From a virus: a stretch of 64,000 bases of DNA. The notes under the pieces were generated by a model. That model saw nothing but the letters and a program-made list of their open reading frames with translations. It had not been told where the DNA came from and made no database searches. Every line of letters begins with the position of its first letter. Within the stretch, counting starts at the first letter, position 1. Where the stretch lies: the IMG/VR virus record IMGVR_UViG_3300046648_000213, positions 19,210 through 83,209 of that record; one strand, 5' to 3'. The translations under genes and the position numbers were made by a program. Shown piece after piece: positions 19,252 to 27,240 of the stretch.

Positions 19252-20949
19252 CTAGGTATTTTTGCCTTCAAACGGCGATTTATGGGCGGATTTTACTCGG
19301 AACTTGTGCAAACTGACCGGAATTATTGCGCCGTTCTGTGATACACCCCGCAGACGCGCTGCGGCGTAGCAATACTGGAGGGCATGGTGGAAGTGGTCGA
19401 TGCCCTTGGCCGACTTCTTCCAGACGAACGCCATCTCGTTGTCGGACGTGAATTCCTTGATGCGCTTCATGTCCATGCAGTGCTTCATGAGCTCTTCTTT
19501 GTTCTCGTCCTCGAAGAACGTGATGCTGCCGCCCCGGATGAAGTCCATCAGGCTGTCGAACGCCTTGTTCCGGTTGATGTTGACCTGCCGGACCGCCTCT
19601 TTACCCGCGTCTTCGTCCTTCTCCTGCGCGCGCAGCTTGAAGATTTCGATGTCTTTCGTGTTCGTGTAGATGCCGCCGTACAGGTTGACGAACCAACCCT
19701 GCAGGCGCATGAGCAGGTCGGTGTACGGGTACGAGTCCATCACCGCCATCGCGACGCGATACTCGGCGCAGAACTGCTTGAACTTCTCCTCGAACTGGCC
19801 GAGCGGCACGCGCGCGGTCTTCACGACGGTCATGCGCCCGGTGTAGTCGACGCCGGCGATCACGAAGTGGCAGGTCATGCCCATGTCGACGCCCATCACG
19901 GTCGTTCCGAATGCCGGCGGCTCGCCGCGCACATAGCAGCGCTCGAAGTCATCGAGCGTGAGGCTCGTCTCCTTGTCCTCAGCGGGCAGCCCGAGGTTGA
20001 AGTTGATGAAGTCGACGTAGCGGTCGTAGCTGGTGCTCGCCTGGATCAGGAAGGGCAAGCTGATGATGTTCGGCGCGTCGAACGGCGTGATCTGGAAGCC
20101 GGCAGCGATGTGCTTGCTCTCGCTGTTCATGATGACCCACTCGCGGTGCGCGGGCAGCAGCGACGGTTCCTTGCCGCACTTCGGGCACTCGAGCCACGCC
20201 TCGCTGAAGCGCAGGCGGCCGATCGTCTCCTTCGTGATCGCGCGCATGTCGTCGAAGAAGTCGGGGATGCGCACGTGCTGGAAGTAGTCCGGCACGAAGT
20301 AGTGGTTGCAGTGGCAGCACTTCACCATGTTCCACTTCTGGCGGCTCGACTCAAAGTGTTCGGAGATGCCCCAACCCTCGACGGTCGGCGTCGACCACTT
20401 GAACTTGAACTTGTACTTCGAGTGCGTCAGGCGCGACTGGTAGTTGGACATCACCTCGCTGTCGGAGAAGTCCACCTCATCGTTGAAGATCGCGTCGGCC
20501 GGCACCGAGATCGCGGCGCTGGCGCCCTTCGTGCCCTTCACGTAGAGGAAGCTGTTGTTGAAGCGCTTGACCTCGCTGTTGTCGGTCGACGTGTGCAGGT
20601 TCGCCTTCATGATGGGCGACTCGTCGATCACCGTGTCGACCCGCGTCTTCGTGAACGTGCGCGCGAAGCCGGCGGTGGGCAGCGTGTAGATCGTCGTGAA
20701 GCCGGGGATCATGTTGCACAGGGCAAGTGCGTAGCGCGCGGCGAGCTCGGAGATTCCGATCTGCGAGCACTTGCGCACGACCTTCTCCGGCGATGGGTCG
20801 CGCAGCACCGCTTCCTGATACTCGTGGTCGAGGAAGCTGTAGTTGCCGCCGCGGATCATCGTGTTGACGGTGAGCCATTCCGGGATTTTCTCGAGGCCCC
20901 ACGAGTTCAGTAGAACTGTGCGCAGCCGCTCCATGTGAAGGTCGAACAT
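19252..20949 (-). CDS. Terminase large subunit (lambda GpA-like)
   Basis: KCSQIGISE Walker A variant, DEVD, STPT, CCHC/CPKC zinc motifs, GVDMG nuclease motif. Confidence 0.93.
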   Translation of the reverse strand: MFDLHMERLRTVLLNSWGLEKIPEWLTVNTMIRGGNYSFLDHEYQEAVLRDPSPEKVVRKCSQIGISELAARYALALCNMIPGFTTIYTLPTAGFARTFTKTRVDTVIDESPIMKANLHTSTDNSEVKRFNNSFLYVKGTKGASAAISVPADAIFNDEVDFSDSEVMSNYQSRLTHSKYKFKFKWSTPTVEGWGISEHFESSRQKWNMVKCCHCNHYFVPDYFQHVRIPDFFDDMRAITKETIGRLRFSEAWLECPKCGKEPSLLPAHREWVIMNSESKHIAAGFQITPFDAPNIISLPFLIQASTSYDRYVDFINFNLGLPAEDKETSLTLDDFERCYVRGEPPAFGTTVMGVDMGMTCHFVIAGVDYTGRMTVVKTARVPLGQFEEKFKQFCAEYRVAMAVMDSYPYTDLLMRLQGWFVNLYGGIYTNTKDIEIFKLRAQEKDEDAGKEAVRQVNINRNKAFDSLMDFIRGGSITFFEDENKEELMKHCMDMKRIKEFTSDNEMAFVWKKSAKGIDHFHHALQYCYAAARLRGVSQNGAIIPVSLHKFRVKSAHKSPFEGKNT

Positions 20950-21042
20950 CTCCGTGTCCTTTTTGTCGTGTGGTAAAGTCCGCTCTCCACTGCCGCATCT
21001 CCCTTTACGGATGCAATCGTTGGCAAAACGAGTGGCTTTTCA

Positions 21043-21072
21043 GGCCGGACGCTCAATACGTCCGGCTTTTTT
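21043..21072. terminator. Intrinsic terminator hairpin
   Basis: GCCGGACG-loop-CGTCCGGC followed by a T run on the plus strand. Confidence 0.6.
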
Positions 21073-21404
21073 TATTCCCCGAGCGCTCGGCTCAGGGAGT
21101 CCGCGGAAGCGGTCTTTGCGGCTTTCAGGGTCCTGGAAACGCTCACCTCATGAAGCCCGGTCGTCATCTCTGCTGTGACGACGTGCAGCCTCTCGTTCTC
21201 CCCGGCGTACCGTAGGGCAAGGTCGTGCAACGTGGCGATCAGGTGGTCCTCAGTGTTCGCGGCGTTGTCGCGCACGCGGTATAGCGCGAGTTGCAGCCGC
21301 TCGGACTGCGCGGCCGAGAGCTTGAAGTCGTTGAGCATGTCGTCTCCATATTCTTGTTGTTCTGAGCGCGAGGAAGACGGCGAATGTGAAGCAGGCCCCG
21401 CCAA
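21072..21404 (-). CDS. Hypothetical protein (start probably internal, MLNDFK)
   Basis: ORF in operon; GGAG before internal ATG. Confidence 0.5.
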   Translation of the reverse strand: MAGPASHSPSSSRSEQQEYGDDMLNDFKLSAAQSERLQLALYRVRDNAANTEDHLIATLHDLALRYAGENERLHVVTAEMTTGLHEVSVSRTLKAAKTASADSLSRALGE

Positions 21405-21489
21405 TGCACAGCGCGAATATCAGCAGCGCGACGGCGACCAGCAGCACCAGTCGGACCATGAGCACGAGGAGGGCGATCTCGAACGGCAT
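21250..21489 (-). CDS. Small membrane protein
   Basis: Very hydrophobic first 40 aa; start overlaps upstream stop. Confidence 0.4.
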   Translation of the reverse strand: MPFEIALLVLMVRLVLLVAVALLIFALCIGGACFTFAVFLALRTTRIWRRHAQRLQALGRAVRAAATRAIPRARQRREH

Positions 21490-21704
21490 CAGAAGGCCGG
21501 CACCTTGTGCGGTGAGACGCTGCCGTCGTTGTGCAGGATCGCGGTGCGCAGCACGACGTTCAGCTGATTGACGAGCTCCTGCTGCAGGCGCTCGTCCATC
21601 GGGATTTCGTTGATCGCGGTGGTCACTTGCGCGATGCCGCGCGCGATCTCGAAGCGCCGGCCGCGCCGCGCGTCGTTGGTCTGAATCTGCTCGAGGGTCA
21701 TCAT
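21489..21704 (-). CDS. Hypothetical protein
   Basis: ATGA overlap with upstream gene. Confidence 0.6.
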   Translation of the reverse strand: MMTLEQIQTNDARRGRRFEIARGIAQVTTAINEIPMDERLQQELVNQLNVVLRTAILHNDGSVSPHKVPAF

Positions 21705-22156
21705 TTGCGGTCCGCTGCTGCTTTGATGAGCGCGTAGTGGCGCTCGTACGTGGCGAGGAACTTCTCCTTGAGCTCGGGCGTCTCGGACTCGAGCGTTTTG
21801 ATGAGGGCGGCTTCCATTGCCTTCACGCGCTCGGCGTCGTACATCTCGGTCTGAATCTTGGACAGCTGCCCGAGGATCGTCGTGATCGAGTTCGCGACCT
21901 GCGCCTTCTGATTGGCCGGCGTGCCGCCGTCATTGATGACGTCATCGAGCATGCCCTTCACCTGATGCAGCTGGAGGACGAGCTCCGCCTCCATGTCGAT
22001 GTCGGCCAGCTTCGTCGGGGGCAAGTAGGAGTCGATCTGCGCGCGCAGCTTGAGGAGCTCGGAGAGCGTCATGTGCTCGAACATGAGCGTCGGCGTGCCG
22101 CGCGCCGGCGGCAGCGGGTCGCGCTGCATCTCCTCGACCTTTTTCTTGTTCAGCAT
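21701..22156 (-). CDS. Putative terminase small subunit
   Basis: Helical coiled-coil protein of about 150 aa upstream of TerL; assignment by position. Confidence 0.5.
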   Translation of the reverse strand: MLNKKKVEEMQRDPLPPARGTPTLMFEHMTLSELLKLRAQIDSYLPPTKLADIDMEAELVLQLHQVKGMLDDVINDGGTPANQKAQVANSITTILGQLSKIQTEMYDAERVKAMEAALIKTLESETPELKEKFLATYERHYALIKAAADRK

Positions 22157-22500
22157 TGCCGTCCGCTCCCATCGCACACGCGGCAGGCGCTGTTTGCGTA
22201 AAGCGGAAGGCCGTCGACGAGGGCTTGGCGCTCGAAACGTGTGCCGCCGCACGCAGCGCAGGCCACAAATGGCTTGCCAGCTTCGTCTGCTGCTTGATCG
22301 ATGACATGTTTGGCGCTGATTGCGGCCAATACACCTTTCAGAGAGCGCTCAGCGGCATGGCGAGAGACTCTTTTGGCGTGAATTTGGTGCGGAGAAGCCT
22401 GGACACTGCCAATGTCGCCCACGATTGGGGCAACACTGTCCATTGAAGGGTCGAAGTCAGGCTCGAGGAGCGCCTCGTGACCGTGGAAGTTGTCTTCCAT
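22150..22500 (-). CDS. Hypothetical Zn-ribbon protein
   Basis: CAAC...CRVC pair; overlaps neighbours in operon. Confidence 0.45.
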   Translation of the reverse strand: MEDNFHGHEALLEPDFDPSMDSVAPIVGDIGSVQASPHQIHAKRVSRHAAERSLKGVLAAISAKHVIDQAADEAGKPFVACAACGGTRFERQALVDGLPLYANSACRVCDGSGRQC

Positions 22501-22855
22501 CTTGTTCTTGTCCCAATGTCTTGACCATCCGATAGACCTGTCGAGTGGAAACCTCCAACTCTTCGGCAGCTTTCTCTATGGTCATGGTGCCTTTCAGCAC
22601 TCTAATTATTGTTTGGCGCTGAACTTGACGCTTTTGGGCGACCCTCTCTCGGTCTAGGACCTTCTGAGATGGAGCTCTCGTCAAATTTCTAGCCTTCATC
22701 AACCTGCTCAAATGCCGCTCAGTGACACCAAGCATTCTAGCCGCTTCTGTGCGGCTTATCTGCTTGGTCGAATAGGCTTCCAGTACCGAGTCCCGTTGTT
22801 TTTCTTCTTCTGCCGAGAGTGCCCCGATTGCTGAGCCTTGCGGCTTTTTAGTCAT
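22457..22855 (-). CDS. Tandem helix-turn-helix DNA-binding protein
   Basis: Two HTH units: ISRTEAARMLGVTERHLSRL and MTIEKAAEELEVSTRQVYRM. Confidence 0.75.
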   Translation of the reverse strand: MTKKPQGSAIGALSAEEEKQRDSVLEAYSTKQISRTEAARMLGVTERHLSRLMKARNLTRAPSQKVLDRERVAQKRQVQRQTIIRVLKGTMTIEKAAEELEVSTRQVYRMVKTLGQEQDGRQLPRSRGAPRA

Positions 22856-23044
22856 GGCCCGGATTGTGGACGACATGGCAGGAATGGGCAAGTCCCTTTT
22901 TTCCGAGAATGTCAAAAAGTTCTGGAAAATGTCGGAAATTTCGTAGGGGAGAGGGACCCGGCGCGTCGGCGCAATGGACAGGGAAAGCCACCCCGTCAAA
23001 GCCCCTAAACGGTCTTTGGCGCGCGCCGTGCGATGGAAAGCGTC

Positions 23045-23272
23045 ATTGTCCATTGTCCCAATGATTCTAACGACTCAGACGGCGCACACGGCGCACACAA
23101 TGGACACTGACAGCACATAGGACAGTGGATAGGACATAGGCACTGGCAGTGTCCATTGTCTAGGCACTGGCACTGGCACTGGCACTGGCACTGGCAGCTG
23201 TCACTGCAATGGACACTGGCACTGGCACCGATCGTTAGCACTGGCATAGGCACTGGCACTGTCCATTGTCAT
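23045..23272. repeat. GGCACT hexamer tract mixed with TGTCCA/TGGACA half-sites
   Basis: 5 tandem GGCACT at 23163-23192 plus further copies; TGTCCATTGTC x3. Confidence 0.85.
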
Positions 23273-23352
23273 TAAGGGTGAAAGTTGCGATGTCCGGGAA
23301 AAATTCAGGTGAAACGGGGTAGTGTCTTTATAAAATAATTTGAATATACCTA

Positions 23353-23381
23353 TTGCTAATGGGATTATCAGTCTTTAAAAT
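23353..23381 (+). promoter_or_regulatory. Strong rightward sigma70 promoter with AT-rich UP element
   Basis: TTGCTA-17bp-TAAAAT preceded by TATAAAATAATTTGAATAT. Confidence 0.75.
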
Positions 23382-23412
23382 AGAGCCTGTAGTTGGTAGT
23401 TAGCTGTAGGCG

Positions 23413-23475
23413 GGATTAGGCAAAGCGCCTAGTCCATGCGGGCGAAAGCGCCGCGCGCCGTGTTCTCTAACAATT
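23413..23475 (+). promoter_or_regulatory. Twin-hairpin leader plus boxA-like sequence (putative antitermination element)
   Basis: GGATTAGGC/GCCTAGTCC and GCGGGC-GAAA-GCGCCGC stems, then TGTTCTCTAACAA. Confidence 0.5.
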
Positions 23476-23557
23476 TAGCCGATTTACTTACCTTGCATTA
23501 GGCATGCCCTAATGTAAAGGGCATGCCATAACTCAACTTTTATAGGAAGTTTCAGAT

Positions 23558-24412
23558 ATGGCACGCAAAGCTCAAAACGCAGCAGCAGCAGCAGAAACGA
23601 ACGCAGCAGCAGCGGATAACGCGGCAGCAGCAGAAACGAACGCAGCAGCAGCAGCAGCAGCAGCAGCGACGGATTATGACAGCGCACAGTATGTCAGTGC
23701 TACTGTCATTGATATGCTTGTGGCAGTGTCCGAAAATAAGGTAGCAATGGATGCTAACGAAAAGACCCTTAAAGGGTTGATTCCGAAGATTCCGAAATTG
23801 TCTACTGCCCTTTCTCTTATCAATAGCGCAATTGACCGCGCATATGGTTTGCAGGAAGAAACGGCATACTTGGACGAAAAGGGTAATACCTGCTACAAAA
23901 CGCGGCACGTTAAATTCTGCACTTTGCGCGCGTGCACGATGCTTGTGCAGTGGCATAAGGAAGTGGAGAAAAAGGACGTTAAGGTAAAGGCCAAGTTTGT
24001 AGGCAACAAGGCTTACAAGTTTGAAATTACCGAAAAGGAAAAGGAAGAAACGCAAAGCGCACCGTCCGAAGTGTCAGAGGAAGAAAAGGCACGACGCGCG
24101 GAATTTGCAGCAGCAGAAACGCAAAGCGCAAAAATCCTTGCTCTGTTCAATGTGGCGCGTTCTATCGGTATCCCTGCTGATATGGTGGATACGTGGGCAG
24201 CAGACATTGACCAATGGCAAGCGGTAGAAAACCAGCGCAAGGCAGCAGAAGCGCAAGCGGCAGCAGTGGCAGCAGCAGCAGAAGCAGCGCGCGCAGCAGA
24301 GAACGCGGCAGCAGAAGCAAAGCTTGCAGCAGAAAAGGCAGCAGCTACGCGTAACCGCAAAACGCGCGACGCGGCAGCAGCAGCAGATAAGCAAGGTGAG
24401 TTGATCGGCTAA
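23558..24412 (+). CDS. Ala-rich hypothetical protein, first gene of the early arm
   Basis: 284 aa; GCA-codon poly-Ala repeats; own promoter, RBS and terminator. Confidence 0.8.
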   Translation: MARKAQNAAAAAETNAAAADNAAAAETNAAAAAAAAATDYDSAQYVSATVIDMLVAVSENKVAMDANEKTLKGLIPKIPKLSTALSLINSAIDRAYGLQEETAYLDEKGNTCYKTRHVKFCTLRACTMLVQWHKEVEKKDVKVKAKFVGNKAYKFEITEKEKEETQSAPSEVSEEEKARRAEFAAAETQSAKILALFNVARSIGIPADMVDTWAADIDQWQAVENQRKAAEAQAAAVAAAAEAARAAENAAAEAKLAAEKAAATRNRKTRDAAAAADKQGELIG

Positions 24413-24417
24413 ACCCT

Positions 24418-24460
24418 AAACCCCTAAACCCTTAAACGGTTTAGGGGTTTTGCCTTTTTC
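24418..24460 (+). terminator. Intrinsic terminator
   Basis: AAACCCCTAAACC/GGTTTAGGGGTTT stem with T-rich tail. Confidence 0.75.
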
Positions 24461-24462
24461 AT

Positions 24463-24757
24463 TGTCCAATTTATCGATTGGACAGCGAAAAACGCATAAC
24501 CTGATTTTTCAGTGTCTTTTACACTGGCTTAGAGCCCCGCGCGGGGCTGTCCAATTGGACAGCCTATAGCGCGGGGCTCTATCGTTTTGTGTTTCGTTTT
24601 TTGCTGGCTGTCCAATTGGACAGCCGCGCGCGCTGCTGTCTTTTGCTGGCTGTCCAATTGGACAGCCGCACGGCGCGCGCTGCTGATGCGCTGATGCGCT
24701 GCTGATGCGCTGATGCGCTGCTGATGCGTTGATGCGCGGCACTGTCCAATTGGACAG
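24463..24757. repeat. Cluster of CTGTCCAATTGGACAG palindromes with a GCTGATGC tract
   Basis: Perfect 16-mers at 24547, 24608, 24650, 24742; split copy at 24463-24484; (GCT)GATGC repeats at 24680-24735. Confidence 0.92.
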
Positions 24758-24790
24758 CCGCGCCTTTTAACTTTGATAGGGAGTTTTGCT

Positions 24791-25003
24791 ATGCGCCGTT
24801 TCTTTAGCTGGCTGGAATTTTGGGTTTTTGTTCTGGCGTCCGCCGGTGCCTTTTGGGTGTTCCTTTTCGCCACGTTGGTATTTCCAGACGTGCTGACCCG
24901 TTATCAGGTCTGCTGCACTTTGGCACTGGTCCCGACCTGTGCATGTGCCGCTTTCATCCAATTTCTGATTATCAAGGATGAGGAGCGCCGCTATGGTTGG
25001 TAA
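24791..25003 (+). CDS. Small membrane protein (2 TM)
   Basis: GGGAG RBS; two hydrophobic segments. Confidence 0.65.
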   Translation: MRRFFSWLEFWVFVLASAGAFWVFLFATLVFPDVLTRYQVCCTLALVPTCACAAFIQFLIIKDEERRYGW

Positions 25004-25259
25004 GAATCCGGCGCTTCTCGAATTGGACATTCAGACACTGAATGTTGAGGCTATTCATTTGCGCGCTGACTTTGAGGCTCTGCGTGCCAAAACGATGAAT
25101 GAGCTATCCAGCGTTATGCCGACGCTGCGAGATGTGACGCGCGCGCTCGAACGCCCGACGCTCACTGACGAGAAACGCCTGATGTTGGCTGAAGTGCTGG
25201 CGCAACGTCTGGACGTTGTTCAGGACGTGATCGACAAGTTGGCAGCAGCGAAGAGATGA
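24993..25259 (+). CDS. Hypothetical coiled-coil protein
   Basis: GAGGAG RBS; overlaps upstream stop. Confidence 0.65.
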   Translation: MVGKNPALLELDIQTLNVEAIHLRADFEALRAKTMNELSSVMPTLRDVTRALERPTLTDEKRLMLAEVLAQRLDVVQDVIDKLAAAKR

Positions 25260-25338
25260 GAGCGAAACGCGCTTCGGCGCGTCTGCATGTGAGGCATGCA
25301 CTGACGAGCTCAGACAACTTTGATTGGGGAGTGTCCAA

Positions 25339-25689
25339 ATGGACATTGGAAACGCACAGCGCCGCGCGCTCGGTATCACGGGCGATTCTATGTGGATGCA
25401 GCTTGGCATGACCGAAGCGCAGTTCCTTACCGCGCAGAAGCAGCACGCGCGAGATCGTGCGGATCGCTCGGCAGGCGAGCGGGCCTACAAGCTGGATCGT
25501 TACGAGGTGTCCGCGCCGATCGGCCGCATGCGCACGATGCTGCCTATCCTCAGCACGAGCGACAAAGCGACGGCGGTCGAGTTCTACGAGTCCGGCAAGC
25601 ACCTGGGCTACGAGAAGAACTGGCCGGACGATCCGAAGCCACGGCAGCTGTCGAAAGGGCAGCTGCGCAAGCTGCGTAAGCGCCACTGA
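25339..25689 (+). CDS. Hypothetical protein
   Basis: GGGGAG RBS; ATG lies inside a TGTCCAAATGGACA palindrome. Confidence 0.65.
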   Translation: MDIGNAQRRALGITGDSMWMQLGMTEAQFLTAQKQHARDRADRSAGERAYKLDRYEVSAPIGRMRTMLPILSTSDKATAVEFYESGKHLGYEKNWPDDPKPRQLSKGQLRKLRKRH

Positions 25690-25690
25690 C

Positions 25691-25830
25691 TGAGTTCGCA
25701 TCAACTCAACTGAGTTGATTCGATCTCACCTCATATGTATTGGGCTCGACCCGATTCATATGACGTGAGATCATCTCGCGCCTGCTCAACTCAACTGAGT
25801 TGATACCAACTTAACTGAAACCGAATGGAG
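25691..25830. repeat. 5-bp periodic YSR-NN tract forming a long inverted repeat (tract 1)
   Basis: 28 pentamers; TCAACTCAACTGAGTTGA at 25701 and 25786; inner stem GATCTCAC/GTGAGATC and TCATATG/CATATGA. Confidence 0.8.
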
Positions 25831-25835
25831 TTTGT

Positions 25836-26051
25836 ATGAACACGAAAAATCTGAACGGCCTGACCGACGTCCGCCACATCTTGACCGACGCTCGCGGGAA
25901 GTTGGAAGAGGCGCGCGCACGGCGCCGCCACGCTGTCGCATACACGATCGTGTGCCTGGGCATCGTCGGCGCGCTGTGCGCCACCATGTTCACGCCGCAG
26001 AATGCGCACGCCGCGCGCTCGCATCATTCGAGCGTGCGGTCGCATCACTGA
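25836..26051 (+). CDS. Small membrane-anchored protein
   Basis: GGAG RBS; one TM segment. Confidence 0.6.
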   Translation: MNTKNLNGLTDVRHILTDARGKLEEARARRRHAVAYTIVCLGIVGALCATMFTPQNAHAARSHHSSVRSHH

Positions 26052-26071
26052 CTGTCCAATTGGACACTGAC

Positions 26072-26097
26072 AAAGCCGGCGCAATGCCGGCTTTTTT
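26072..26097 (+). terminator. Intrinsic terminator
   Basis: AAAGCCGGC-GCAAT-GCCGGCTTTTTT. Confidence 0.8.
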
Positions 26098-26670
26098 GCT
26101 TTTCTGCTCTCTGTCAATACCCTGAAAAATATTTTTCCGGGTCTTTTTGACACACCCCTCTGACTGACATTTCTTGCCGTTCGGGACCGAAACCGAATCG
26201 AGTCCGCAAAATTTGACAAAATCCTCCGCATGTGCATCAACCCCGAAAAACACAAGCCCTTGTGTTTGTAACTGTATGCCGACCTTAATTACTCTTTTCG
26301 AGTTTGGCAGCCGCTCTCCCTTACCAGACAAGAGTTTGAACCCTTCTATATTCAAATTATTAGTTAAAAAAGTAGGGTATGAGGGGGGTAAGCTCAAGTG
26401 CCTTAAAGACCGAGGACTTTCTCGTATGTGCTTGATCTAACAGGGAAAAATATTTTTCCTCACTCAGATTTTTGCTCTCTCGACCTTGGCGAACCCCCAA
26501 GGGGGTACTTTTCGGCAAGTCATTAAACAGTTGCTGTAAGTCCTTGATTTACAATGGACATTTCAACCGTGTGGCGTAACTCACACAGTCAAGTCGAAAA
26601 CCATTGACTTTTGAAAACCACCTCAAAATCGTCGCTTTCCTCAATACAATCAACCACTTACGTCGAAAAA

Positions 26671-26857
26671 TCGATGCATGGGTGTTGTAAATCGATGCAT
26701 GGGTGTTGTAGCTCGATGCATGGGTGTTGTGGGGTCGATGCATGGGTGTTGTGACCTCGATGCATGGGTGTTGTGGGTCGATGCATGGGTGTTAGGCCCC
26801 TCGATGCATGGGTGTTTGCCTATTTTTTGTGCAAAAACGGCTCGATGCGTGGGTGTT
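26671..26857. repeat. Iteron-like array A (TCGATGCATGGGTGTT x7 plus 1 variant)
   Basis: Copies at 26671, 26692, 26713, 26735, 26757, 26778, 26801, 26842; 21-23 bp period; IHF-consensus AATCAACCACTTA at 26648. Confidence 0.9.
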
Positions 26858-26994
26858 GCGCGTGTTCTTTTGCACACGACGTTTTCTGTCTGAAATAGAC
26901 GTCCCTTTTGGCGGAAAATGTCGTACAATCTCAGCCTGAATCGCAAAACGTCTTCAACTAGAATTGAAACCGAAAGGTGTATGGAGAAATTTCA

Positions 26995-27240
26995 ATGACT
27001 GACAATGCTTCGATGAGCCCGATCGAGCGCGCCGTGAACATCATCGGCGGCCCGAGCGAAACGGCACGCAAGATGACCCTCGCCACCGGCAAGCTGTTCT
27101 CGCCGAGCGTGGTTTGGCATTGGGTAGCGAAAGATCACGTGCGCGTGGAATTCCTGACGGCGCTGTCCAGGCTGAGCGGCATTCCGGTGCTCGAGTTCGT
27201 TGACCACCTCGCCTACACGAGCGAGAAGGCGACCGTATGA
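26995..27240 (+). CDS. Cro/YdaS-like HTH regulator
   Basis: AVNIIGGPSETAR...SPSVVWHW...LSRLSGIP pattern; 81 aa. Confidence 0.75.
   Translation: MTDNASMSPIERAVNIIGGPSETARKMTLATGKLFSPSVVWHWVAKDHVRVEFLTALSRLSGIPVLEFVDHLAYTSEKATV

Noticed and set aside
23005-24055. Cys-rich ORFs on the minus strand (CQCQCQ, CCCCC)
   Set aside because: Translation artefacts of the GGCACT and GCA repeats
24410-24450. Plant telomere-like CCCTAAA repeats
   Set aside because: Only 2-3 imperfect units, forming the stem of an intrinsic terminator
24545-24760. Mini-CRISPR built from palindromic repeats
   Set aside because: Intervening lengths are irregular and low-complexity, and the same motif is dispersed singly across the early arm
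26671-26857. CRISPR array
   Set aside because: Repeats are 16-18 bp with only 3-7 bp between them; the two-helical-turn period fits iterons; no cas genes
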